From the NCBI RefSeq assembly GCF_031769215.1, contig NW_026782754.1, positions 372,001-436,000 on the forward strand: a stretch of DNA of 64,000 nucleotides, read 5' to 3'. The position numbers were made by a program, and so were the translations under genes. This DNA comes from Ylistrum balloti (taxonomy: Eukaryota). A model generated the notes under the pieces. It was not told the origin of the DNA. It saw only the letters and a program-made list of their open reading frames with translations, and made no database searches. Position 1 is the first letter of the stretch, and each line of letters opens with the position of its first letter. Shown here piece by piece: positions 35,757 to 48,000 of this stretch.

Positions 35757-36128
35757 ATCCTTTCAGTTTAGGGTTATTTAATGTGTCTTTCCATTATATT
35801 AATTTCCATAGTGTATTAGCTGTTCACTTTTAAGCTGTCATTATGAAAAAGGTATCTATGCATAACTTTCATTGAGATGAATTGCTACAGGATCTTAAGA
35901 GCATGTTAAGTGAACACAAATGCGGTATATCACTAATCGGCTACACTGAGACAAGGTGTAGAATGATTTTCAACAAGTTTCTCATACTTCCTACAATATT
36001 GATGTTGAGTTTTTAAAAACCTTGTCCTTATTTCCCAGTTTCAGTGGGGTTTTTTTTATTTCAAATTTTGAGGTTCACAATAAAACTGGAAATTTGTATG
36101 GAATGATTGTGTTTATTTATTATTGCTT

Positions 36129-36373
36129 TTTATGTCCATGAGATTTAGATCGGGGTCCATATTGTTTTTGATCTGTTTCTCTGCAATGGGGTTTTTGTAA
36201 AAAAAAAAATCTTAATTTCGTGCAATGGATTTCAACCAAATTTGGTATGTAGCTTCATATTTTCATATGATCCAGGATGCAGCTGAGTTCGATAATTCAG
36301 AGAATATCTGTAAACATTTGGCAGAGTAGTAAAAATTTGAATGGGGGCATAGTGTTTTATAAACCATCTTGTT
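36129..36373 (+). mobile_element. Degenerate HINE-like element
   Basis: tttttatgtcc...gggtccatattgtttttg start, ttcaaccaaatttggt body, gggggcatagtgttttataaaccatcttgtt end. Confidence 0.55.
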
Positions 36374-36621
36374 TGGAGTGTCATTATGAAGATCGTACAA
36401 AAGACACTAAGACAGCTGCACCGTTTAATGCCTAATCTTTATTCACTGTATTTGCAAAGGGCATGCCCTTGTGCATTCCAAGCATTACATATGATGGAAG
36501 GTGACAATGGTACATACAATAAGACTTATAACATGTGGTAATTTTTCAATACACCAAATTAAAATCAATGACGTCAACTCCTGGAAAAACTCAAATAGTT
36601 TAATATGTAGAATCAGATATA

Positions 36622-36850
36622 TACCTCACTTGGCTGGTTCAGTGTTGTTGACAAAATGTCGCTAGTTAGGTACTTTTTTATGAACCTCACATGGCTGGTT
36701 CAGTGTTGACAAAATGTCGCTAAAGTGAGGTAGTTTTTATGTACCTCACTTGACTGGTTCAGTGTTGCCACATCGTGTGTGTTGACAAAATATCGCTAAA
36801 GTGAGGTAGTGTTTATGTACCTCACTTGGCTGGTTCAGTGTTGCCACACT
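36622..36850. repeat. 76-bp minisatellite with AAGTGAGGTA-N9-TACCTCACTT hairpin (~3.5 units); inverted copy at ~54730-54965
   Basis: gctaaag recurs at 36719 and 36795. Confidence 0.85.
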
Positions 36851-37539
36851 GTGTGTTGGAACCACGCATACAGATTAACATCGTGCACATAAAAGAACGT
36901 AAATAAATTGATAAAAACCATATATTATATCATTGTGTATCATGAGAAAGGTAACGTATATTGAACGTATGTAAAACATATCCACTACACCAGAAACCAT
37001 TAGCTTCAAAATCTCCCCATATTTCAGCTTTATTTTATTGCTTCGTAGCTGGTATTTTAAACATGGATACCTTTCGATAGGTTTTGAATTTTAAGTGAAT
37101 CAGCGGCGTGAACGCTAATGACGCTACACCCACAGAGACGATTTCATGAGACCAATATGAGAAAAACACTTAAGGGACGACGATGGGCGAGAGTCTCTTT
37201 CTAAAGGGGGCATTTACAACGTCACTATGTCCAAATTTGACAACATATTTAAAGGAGTTATTTAAATATGCAAATTGGATTTTATCCGATATTTCCGGTC
37301 TACGCCACATCAGATACATATTATAAAAAAGTAATTAACAACGGCTTGAAAGGTTAGTTTTTTTTAATTTACGAGTGATTGGAACATAAATTACTACAGA
37401 TTTACTTATTACCTTCTCATTTTCCTTTAAACATTTCCATTCTTATTTAATTATTGTGTGTGTGTGTGTGTGGGTTTTTTTTTTTCAAAATGAGCGCTGT
37501 TATTCTATTATCCCTTTTTGCATGTTTCGTCACAATCCA

Positions 37540-37740
37540 TTGAATAGAAAGAAAGTTATTGATGAATATGAATAATGTTTGGTGCTTAATTGCGATATAG
37601 GGTTTGATCCCGTATCACTATGGATAGCAGCATATCTCTTGAGTTCATTACGTGTATTTAGTTTGTCTTTCCACCTTATATAATATAATTCATATAAAAA
37701 ACTATTGATGAAAATGTTCAACACATTATCGATGGTACGA
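37540..37740 (-). mobile_element. LINE (CR1/L2-like) 3' ORF2 relic; diverged direct copy at ~38880-39105; mirrors at ~52760-52990 and ~63415-63640
   Basis: FINSFLYELYYIRWKDKLNTRNELKRY resembles the W..L...KL..Y region following LINE RT. Confidence 0.45.
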
Positions 37741-39108
37741 ATAAGTTAAAGACTTAGTCATTAATGAACGAGTCTATATTAAATTTAACCTTTATGTTAT
37801 ATAAATTAGGCATGAATCCTGTGAGAATAACTGATAAACTGCCATACATAAATTGGCATAAACAAATTATAGACTTGGATATATAATTATAAGTTTTCCA
37901 TGTACACTCTACTTAAACGCTAATTTCCGCATCTCCACCTCTATCCCGATATAAAATGTCCTTAGACACTAAACAATCACTGATAAGGAGGAAGTTGTCG
38001 GGAGACCAAGACAACGCCTACATGCGTATCTTTGTGTACTTCCTAATTCTCCACAGCTTTTTGTACATACGAGTTCCGAAGTTAACATTCATACAGCACA
38101 CTTCAGTATGTAGCTTTTTTAACAATCTTAAAACATTTGATTTGGTTCAATCAATTAGTGGTGAGCACCGATACTAAGATATTAACTAAAGTGTCTCCTT
38201 CCTTTCACGAAAGTATCTTTTACTTCTAAAATTTATCCAGCATATGTTTCTGTGTTGTTATTAGTATTATATCAGAGCCAATTCTAGGCCGGTGCAAAGG
38301 GGTGAAATATCTCATTGATAGAAATGTTATTTTATATTGGATTATCAAATATACTACAGAGTTGTATAAAAGCTATATATATGCATGCTACGTATCGTAT
38401 TCACAAATAAAAATCTTACAGTTATCATCAAAATGCGGTTGACATACGGGACTTCAAAGTCAATCAACATGATGGTACCACGCTATATCATATTTCGTTT
38501 ACCAACAGTTCGCCGGAGATTTCGTTTTTCAAAACAGTTTTGAATTGATCCTGATTTATATGTAAACATAATTTTGTATTTGATAGTCAGGTAACCGTAT
38601 TATACCACTACATTAAAAGAATTATCTTTCCTTCATATTATGTTTTTTACATACATATGTATACGTTTATAGGTTTAATCAAATCATACTCTACATCTCA
38701 TACACCATTACATTGATATTTACAGCCATGTATAGCATCTGTGTTTCTAATTCGATATCAGTGAAATATACATGTAAACGACCACCAAGTAAAAAGTCTT
38801 CTATGGTCTTCAAACCTCAGATATGAAAACTGTGCATTTACAACACTATCCGTGATTTGTCAGTCTAGCATAAATTGAACATAGTATCCTTACCTGCTTT
38901 CTCACATAGTTTACAGGATACGGAATATTTGAATAATTCAACTAGATTCTAAACATGTTGTTAAGGAATTTGTTTGGTGCCTAATTGCTCAAAATTTCAG
39001 CTTATCTCTTGAGTTCATTACTTGTATCTAGTTTGTCTTTTCATCTTATGTAAAATAATTTATGTAAAAAGTCATTGATGAAACTTTCCAACATATTGTC
39101 GGTGTTGT

Positions 39109-39196
39109 TTCAGGGGTGCAGAGAGCAAAAGTGATAGTAACCTCTGGAGAATCGAGGATGGGGTTACGATCACTTTTGCTCTATGTACCCCTGGAA
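39109..39196. other. Long hairpin (34/35-nt arms, 19-nt loop); mirror at 63322-63409
   Basis: ttcaggggtgcagagagcaaaagtgatagtaacc ... ggttacgatcacttttgctctatgtacccctggaa. Confidence 0.85.
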
Positions 39197-39689
39197 CAGT
39201 TCATGGCAAAATCGAAGACTCCATGTGCGACACATTGTGGATAAGACGAGAAGACTAGTTTTATCCTTTGGTGTAGAAGTTGGTTGTGATCCGTGCCCTA
39301 AGAATCTTCAAAAGAGCGTATCAGTCTGGAATCGGTCCATTTTTTCTACACAAACCCGCTTTACATCAATCAAATTACTTCGCGTGTGCCTGCAATTTTG
39401 GCATGAAGTATTCCAGGGATGCAGAAAGGGGAAGTGATCGTAGCCCCTGGAGTATCGAGGATGTCTTACTCAGTGATCCATTCTCTCGTTTTGATCATGG
39501 TAAACACATCACACAGAAAGAGATAGTTATGAAAGATTGATAACAATCGATGAATGTAGTAATGGTTTTGATAATATCAAAAATGGGGAGAATATGGTAC
39601 AAGGTAGGTTTAATAGTAAAATTATGTAATTCCGGAAAAAAATAATTGTATGATAATGAATTAATCATGATTATAATAACGGAGCACTG

Positions 39690-40150
39690 TCAGAATTTCA
39701 AAACTACGGAATTGTAAATTCATGCCAAAAGGATTCAGAGACAGGCGGTGAATTACTAACTTGAGGCCATTAACCTTACTCAATCCTGACTACAAAATAG
39801 AATGTACGGCAATAGCTAACTGTACTGAAAGAGTACTACCATCTGTTGTAAGTAATACACGAAAAGGATTCACGAAAGACCGACTTATTGCAGGAAATGT
39901 AAACTTATTGTATGATAGCATTTCGAGGGGAAATATTGTTATTATTTGTAGATTAGGAAATGATTTTAATTCGATAGAGTGGAGTTATATTCATAGACCT
40001 TTACTGTCTTGAGTATTGATGACCCATTGATAAAATGGATACATGTTTCATATTTAGTGTAAAAAGTAGAATACATATTCTTGGTCGATATGGTTCTTCT
40101 AGTTCTTTGTCATACATTTAATATACAAAAACACCAACTGATATGGTTTG
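39690..40150 (+). pseudogene. L1/Tx1-clade reverse transcriptase relic; mirror at ~62368-62828 (-)
   Basis: RPLTLLNPDYKI...VLPSVV...KGF...FNSIEWSY...KWI matches the L1/Tx1 RT motifs NWRPITLLNxDYKI / QxGF / FDSVEW. Confidence 0.8.
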
Positions 40151-40354
40151 GTTTAAAAAATATTGGCTTCTATGTTACACCAAACGAAAAACAAAGGAAA
40201 TTTTGTTTTGTGTAGGATTTGGTTGTGAACCTATGTTGAACATCTATTAATATTGACCCAGTGGTGGCCTGGAAAGTACGTTTCACCTCATGGAAACATG
40301 ACAGCTCTGTCGAAAAAATATGTAGAACTAGGATTGGATAACTTGAATTGGAAC

Positions 40355-40800
40355 AGTTTCAAAACAATCGGTGTCTCTCCAGTTAAGACCGATGTCTCTC
40401 TAGCTAAAACCGAAAACTTTTCATTTAAAACCAGTGTCTCGTCAGTTAAAACTGCAAACTTTCCACATAAAACCGAAGCCTTTCCATTTCAAACCAAGAT
40501 ATCTCCTGTCAAAACTGAAGACTTTTCATTTTTAACCGAGATATCTCCAGTTTAAACCGAAAACTTTCCATTTTCTCTTGTTACAATCGGGGTCTCTCAA
40601 AATGGATTATTACTGTCAAACGCGGCATATCTTCTGTTAAAGCTGGCGTCTTTCTTACATAACCTGTGGTCTCTGAAGTTAAAACCGCCTTCTAAACTTT
40701 GAAAATAGTGTCTCTCAAGTTAATACCAGAGTTGTCCTATTAACACAGGAATCTCCCAAACTGGATTCTCACCAGTCAAAACCATGAGAAAAAGTTAAAA
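40355..40800. repeat. Degenerate ~21-bp minisatellite (AAAACCGGAGTCTCTCCAGTT-like); mirror at ~61720-62160
   Basis: 7-aa periodic xxxVKTx pattern in ORF 40253..40555. Confidence 0.65.
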
Positions 40801-41299
40801 CAGAAAATTCTTTCCATTTACATTTACCAACATATCTCTCAGTTTTGCCCTGTATCCGGATCAACATTCAAAGGTCTTCACGTATCACATTATGGAAAAC
40901 AATCTGCTTGGTGACACCAGGCCAAAAAATATCGATGGCAAGTTCTCCTATTTCTTGATTTGCATTTGAAAATTTCGCATGTTTAATTTTTCATTGATTA
41001 CGTGTAATGGTTTAAAGGGGGTTCACTGAGCAAGAAAACCACCTCGGGCAGGAAGTATTAAGAAGGTGTTGGTCACTAATTCTTTTAACCGCATGGTATA
41101 TCTCAGTACCAAAATGGCCAAAAGTGTTGACATTAGACTTGAAGTATGCTGATAATTGCTAAAAAATTTCAAACGACTTCTTCTTAATACGCAGATGTCC
41201 CAAGTAGCTGACATTGGGCATGTAGCACACTGGAAAGAGTAACCTTCTTTTGTAGGTTTTGTTTTTGTTTTATTCAAAGGATAAACTTGACCGACTCTT

Positions 41300-42520
41300 G
41301 GGGTCACAAGGGTCGAATGGGTTCAAATATGGTAATTACTTCTCAGTAACCAAAGGAAAAAGGTCCAGGCTGCTTATCTTGGTGGTATAATTGAATGAAG
41401 TTTATTCAAATGATTGAACTTTAAACACTTTTGAATTAACAAAGATCAAATGTTGTGAGAACTTCTTTCAACAAGTAATATATCCTGTGTTATGGTAAAT
41501 TTGGTATGGTAAATATCCATCTAGTCTTCCTTGGCCAAATAATTTAGGCCTGTATCATTAGCATACGGAAATTTAAAATTGGTACATTTTCAACATAAAA
41601 ACCATTTTAATATTAATTCTCATTCTTGCTGCAAGAATTTCAGCTGGCAGTAGAAAATGTAGGGAGCGATTGGAATTTCTAATTAGTGATTCAATTATTT
41701 ATGAAAATAAACAAAACTAGACAGATCAAAATATTTATAAATACCTGTATTCATAGTAACTACTGTATGCACATGCTAAAAACAACCTACAGCACCATAC
41801 AAACTGTAATCAAGGGAGGCCACTCCGGTTAGACTTGCCTATTAACTAAGCTTGACAGTTTGGAACACTTTAACACTTTTGGCCGAGATCGGAGTTTCGT
41901 TGAACCTCCAATTTAATACGTTTTGGATTTAGTGCATATGTATATTATCAGTCGTGCTACTTTTCCATCAAAGGAAACATGAGCGATTAAGGTAATCTCG
42001 TACACAAAAAATGCTCAGAATCATTAAACAACCAAAACCCACTTGATTTATCAAGGGACTGGAAATACTACATATATTGCACTGTAATAATATAGGACCA
42101 GGGTAACTCTTGTTATGGCAATGTACCATTTCAGTGACGCGCAATTTTAGTAAGATATGAAAGTTTATCAATTCGTGTAGACTAGCAATATACTGTTTGC
42201 TGTCGTTAACAGAATAAACCTTTATAATCACAGACTTCACACTGGTTTTAAGTTAACCCATGATCTCATAACAAAAACGATGTTTGATATCAATGAGTAT
42301 TCATTAATCCTTTTCTTACCACTTGGCATTTCTAAATATTAAAAAGGCTTAGCATCATAACCACTAACTCACAAACTAGCGGGGCGGTAAAATATCTTTA
42401 TGTATTCCAGTAGTATGACAGCCTAGAAAAGGCACAGGTGTCCTTCTTACGATATCAGCTGATGGTATCGAAATGTTTTTATTAATGAATTACTAGAGGT
42501 TAGATTGTGGTGAGCAAAGT
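41300..42520 (-). pseudogene. Highly decayed LINE (CR1/L2-like) RT relic; mirror at ~60000-61220 (+)
   Basis: FYRPASL...KPF followed by KTSVKSVII...ASLHELINFHILLKL resembles YRPISL...KLFE / ST...LD..KAFD...LL.KL; many stops. Confidence 0.5.
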
Positions 42521-43199
42521 AATTTATTATCATGGGATGTAAGACAGGATAACATCATGGCCCAAATTGATATTTATTCATCATTATATCGTATGAATTC
42601 TAACGCACCTTACAAAATATTTAGTCAGATGAATTTCTTGTTTATATTAGAAACAACAGTATTTATTACTCTTGCTTCCCGTAAATGTGCACTGACAGTA
42701 ACGAACTTGTGGAGTGGAATTCAATAGAATCGGCATGATAAATTTATTTTATTTTAGCAGCTGTGTCTTCCATGTGCTTTGTGTTGTAATATTTATTAAA
42801 TATGATTCTATTATTGAAAAATAATTTGATTTTACACATCACTTACGTATGCAACAGAAAAACAAAAACAAATTTTGAATTTCACAGGAGTTCAAATGTA
42901 ACATACATAATGACTGTAGTCTATTTAAGGACAAACTCCAGATCATTACTTTCTATTTTTTATAATATCTAATGCATATAATATTGATGTGTTAGACTCG
43001 TTAGTATACATTGCCGTTCCTTTGTTATATCCATGGTACGGTAACTTGGAATTACCGGGATCAACGATAAACAGATGACGTTTACCCTTTCGAAGCACAC
43101 GGTCATGTTTTTTTTTTATTGTACTTTCGTTTCCTCATGCGTTGGCCTCATTTCATAGATCATGAATTATTAGAATGAAAAAAAGTCCTGTTAACTTGT

Positions 43200-43640
43200 C
43201 AATGCATATATTTTCTCTAGATCCAAATGTAGGAATGAAATTGTGTCTTTAGATTGGACAACTGGACATATTTGACAAAGCTTTCACACCTATTGTATTT
43301 TATGAATGTGAAGTATTGGGTTCCTATACTTACATTCTTATCGAAAGTTTACAAGAAAAATTTTGCAAACAGTCTGAATTTCAAACGTGTGCCTAGAATG
43401 GTATGAGTTGCAAAGAACTTGGTATAAAATTGTAAATAAATAGTTGTTTTAGGCTAAAACGACAAAAAACCAGGATAGATTAAGTAACAATTTGTTAGTT
43501 ACATTATCCAATTATGAACATTCTTGGGTAAAGTATGTCAAACATATGTTTGATGAACGCAGTTTGTTAAATATATTCAACAGTCAAGTTGAAGTATTGA
43601 TTGGCTATAAATAGAAGAACCAGTGTCTAGCAAAATATTC
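43200..43640 (+). pseudogene. LINE ORF2 C-terminal relic; mirror at ~58880-59320 (-)
   Basis: IFDKAFTPIVFYECEVLG...IESLQEKFCK...KELG matches L.LFD..V.PIL.YG.EVWG...E..Q.KFCK...ELG. Confidence 0.7.
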
Positions 43641-45096
43641 ATAGGATGTCCATTTACAGTACAGTTAAAAACATTCCTTGACTATTACCGGAACACCTGG
43701 TCGTCCTTGGTCCTTTATCCTGCTCCTCCCTTTCCTTATTTGTGCAATCCCATTTAAGATGTGAATTACTACCACTAATCCAACACCGCTTCCGATCCGT
43801 ATATTTATTCTGTATAAGGTCTGATAATTCCTTTTCAATGTCAACATGCCCCTTTTCAATTGTTCCTGCTTTGAATATGTGTCCTGGTTCACGTTTTCGT
43901 TGCTTGGTTGAAAAAACCAATTGACGGTCTCTTAGTCTCTCCGCCACAGAAATAGCTTCCAGTTCAACACCTAAATTTTATCTTCATTCCAGGACTTTGG
44001 TCGAGACTGCTGCATCCGAATAAACATTACATAACCTGTCAAAGCATCAATAAAGTGATCACGAAACAAAATGCCAATAAGATCTCATGAGGCGTTACGG
44101 TTAATCTTTCTGCCTAAGCCTTTCACACTCAGAGACAATTCCGAGAGAGAATAAATCAGTTTGCATTCTGACTCAAACCGCTGATGGGGAGAGGTTATTA
44201 AGTACGTATAGTGTTTTAGTTTTCCATGCTCCACATCAGCAAGAATACCTTGGATACCTTGTCTTGGGCTAGAGACCGGACACAATGCCTTTGCTTCATC
44301 AGTTCATTGGTTGATATCCACCAATAATTTATATTGAACGAAATAGTCATTCCCAGGTCATTTGTCATCATTATATGCTGGTTTTATCAATGATTTACAA
44401 ATTCCTTCTTTTTGTTTTGATATGATTTAGGTCAGATTTTGATGACTAATGTTCTTACTCAAACATTCACAGTTATCCCTCAGCTGCTTAATCTCCTCAT
44501 TAAGCTAAGGTGTTGAGGTGCGAGGCCCGATACCAGTATCCCGTAATAAGTCTTTAGTCATAGAACGGGTTCTAGCTCTCACTACAACTGTTAGTGTCTA
44601 ATTAAAAAAACCTTCCTCTGACATTTTTCAGAGAAAAAAAACTGATCACTGATGTCGAAGATTTAACAGTTCACGTTTATTCCCGAAACTGCTTCCAGTC
44701 AGTGGAAATACAACACAACAACAAAAGTTCTATTTACAGGTTTATTATACTTTATACAACACATACCGTATTAGTCCATATAAACACCTGAGAAACCCCC
44801 AGATAACTGACTTCAGCTAAGTATCCGGAGAGAATCCCACAAACGTCTGTTCTTAACAGAGCAACTCCGCTCTCCCCGTTCCTCAACAGACATCCACTAC
44901 CACGCTTATGTAAGAATAGCCCTGAAGCCGTGACAGCCCCATTGAACGAAGGTCGAACTGCCCAGTTAAGCCATTAGCCGTGTCAGTCTTTTTCGGCTAT
45001 CACCACGTCCACCTCTTGGTGTCAATTAACCATTAAGTATATAACAAATTATTCCCCATTACCCTCTTTATTCCCTCATAATCCCAATTCATTACA
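43640..45096 (-). mobile_element. Truncated Gypsy element: ~444-bp LTR (44653-45096) plus decayed gag with CCHC knuckle relic
   Basis: TG...CA-bounded segment, then gag-like P.Y.D..W.DYF.Q...N.W.DE.KA and RCWISGSNSHLKWDC. No pol or second LTR. Confidence 0.7.
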
Positions 45097-48000
45097 ATAT
45101 TTACGAAATATATATCTTAGTCGTTTTTACAATCTCCGGTTAAGAACATCTATCACTTCTGACATTTACCCGAGCAAATAATAGAGCGAGAGATTGACGT
45201 TAATTGTATCATGTTGAGAACACGTCAGAGAACGCGTGGTATCAAAGTAGAAAAACGACTGGAGGACATTAGATCTGTGTTTTTTCTTGAACTATAAATA
45301 CAACACGAAATCAAATATCTCGTTGTCTGTAGATTTCGTCAAATGATCAAAAGCACTCTGTGGTAAGTTCTATTTCTTGAAATTTTGGTTTTCTTAACAA
45401 ACCAGTCTCCTAGAACTGTATATATATCAGGATATGCGGAGTTGTTGCTCGACATTTCCCTTCAATCATAATAAAGTTTACTTTATGACAATGGAAAAAG
45501 GAAACTTCAACTTATCTTAATTAATCTTTGTTAATATTATTGCATTTGTTATACAGGCACCATCTATTATACAAATCATGGCGACATTTGGAAATTAGTT
45601 CCCTGTATTACCGTTTAAGATCGGTATTGTATCTTCGATACCGTTTCCAAACACCGGCATCATCTTGGCGGATATAGGTAATTATATAGATTACTTTCTA
45701 TCTGATCGAGGTGCTCGAACACTTTCGTTTCTCATTCATATTCTTATGTTATTTCTATAACTCATTTATCCCATTTCCAGAACATCATATTTCATTCAAA
45801 ATAGATCGGGCTAAGTTATAACATTTATATCATTATCAAAATATATATCAATATATGAGAGAAAATGTCTAAGGGTTCCCCCTTATTGCAAGACTCGACT
45901 AATAGCAGATTTACGAAGTTTTACATTTTTTTTTTAAATTTATTATACAGCATAAAATGAGAATCTCAAAGTTTTAGACCTTAACGTGTTAAAGGACCAA
46001 ACAGATGAAGTATTTGACTCGAAGTGGTTTTATACAAAATTACATTTCTTTATTATGGCTAGTCACAATGTAATGAAGCGAACACAATTTTCTTTTGAGG
46101 AATATAGAAATATAGAATAAGTCTAGCACACAAATATATATACAAAGGTAGTAGTAATATACGATGAGAAAAAACTAGCCTACACTCAGTGAAAGAGAAT
46201 GACTGAACAATTCCTCAAAACGTCTTTGTTAAACTGCCTCCATGTTATGTTTAAAGTTTTAAACAGTTAAGTATTTATATAATAAACTGCATTTTAAAAA
46301 TAAGTGACAGAGACTAAAGTACAACTGATCTGAACACACCATGAATCAATTAGAGTATTTCACCACACGAGGTAACTGTACATAATTTACTTACCGAAAT
46401 ATACATAACTTAATGTCCATAAAGTTTGTAGCTCTCTTTCATCGCAATATTAACTATATGTGATGTTGTAACATTTGAAAGAGTCACTATTGTAAAACGT
46501 CTAAACAATCATGCTTAAAAGATAAACTCTCTTATCTAATATGTCGATTGATTTTAATTCATCTTTTGCTTAGAAAAAGTTTACTTCAGGAAAAAATAAT
46601 TTTATTTCTTTTACCTCCAAAGACATTTCTCTTTATTTCAAAAATACCATTTTAGGAAATGAATTGCTTCCTGGCTCGCGTAACAAGATGGCAGCATTGA
46701 TGTAGAATAGTGAATTGGCAGCAAATGTTATTGATCAGCGGTTCAGTTGTCGAAATGTTTGAAGTTGGGTTACAAAACTTACATTTTCTTTGTTCTAAGC
46801 GGCCATTGTATTCAAAATGCTACGTCATAAACTAGAATATTTGCGCGCTTGGATAAATATATTGCAAAGCTTCTAAACAAGTGATAAGTTATCTGGTCGC
46901 AGGAGGATATAATTGTCAGAGAAGTGAAGTAACCTACCTTGGAAGATGAATTAAAAAGAACTTTAATACATTTTATTAGTAATTCTGGTTTCTTTAATGT
47001 TCAAAATCATCACTCTTGCATCGAAAATGATTTGTTTCGTTTTAATCATTGAAATATGGGTACACATAAACTATAGCTGGATTTTAATGACTAACAACAG
47101 CTTCAGCATCTCAAAGATTATGCCTGCAATGCAAAGTGACGCCTTGTGGAAATGAGATACAGAGGTGAGAACCATTCTGTCCTCTTTACTCATTCTGAGA
47201 CTCGCGATTACGGGTCAAGTTTATGTAGTAACGTTATTCCCATGATCACTGTCAATATATTGTTGATCATGACCATTTGTACAACAATTCAAACTTAAGT
47301 CAATATAGTGACTATCAGACATTAGAGAAGAAATGAACTGGGATGGTATTGGAAATGTGTTGCAGGTTTGCCCTCTTGATTCGAATATATAGATACTTTG
47401 AAAAAAAATTATCAATACATTTTGAATGTTGCAATGTACTCCTCAAGTACACTTTCTTGATAATGTTTGCATACATTACTGACTAAACATGTCCTTTGTT
47501 TTACTTTATATAATGGTACTATTGTATTAGTGGTATTAGTGGATGACATAGCGGAAGTCCTTTAAAACCACCCATCCTAGTCTGCAATACATACTGTTGA
47601 TAACATTTATATAATATGATTACTCTCATTTGATTATTTGGATCAACAAGTACTCCAAGCCCAATTAATCTTTATGTTCACGTGGTTTTTCATTAACCTG
47701 TTTTAGTTTATTGTGTTTTAACAATAAAAGTATGCAAGTTATTTCATATATATCAAAGATATACATACATCTGTATGTACCTCAAGATATTATTTCAGAT
47801 TCCATATTAAAACATAAACATGCTGTCAACATAAACATGATGTCCTGATATCAGCAAAACATTAAGATATCATGTATACACTGTACAAGGAAAACAAACC
47901 CTCATTGAAAACATTGAAATTTGACAGTAATCCAGTCATTTACCTTTCTCTTCTTCAATAACCTGTTTATAATCACTTCATTATCAGTAGTTTCCCAATT

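Larger units (their letters stand above)
36622..47115 (+). repeat. Left copy of a ~10.5-kb segment repeated in inverted orientation downstream
   Basis: 36921-38511 matches rc of 52003-53619; 38538-47115 matches rc of 55386-64000. ORF pairs 40253/61963, 41023/61213, 41968/60280 and 43654/58560 are near-identical. Confidence 0.97.
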
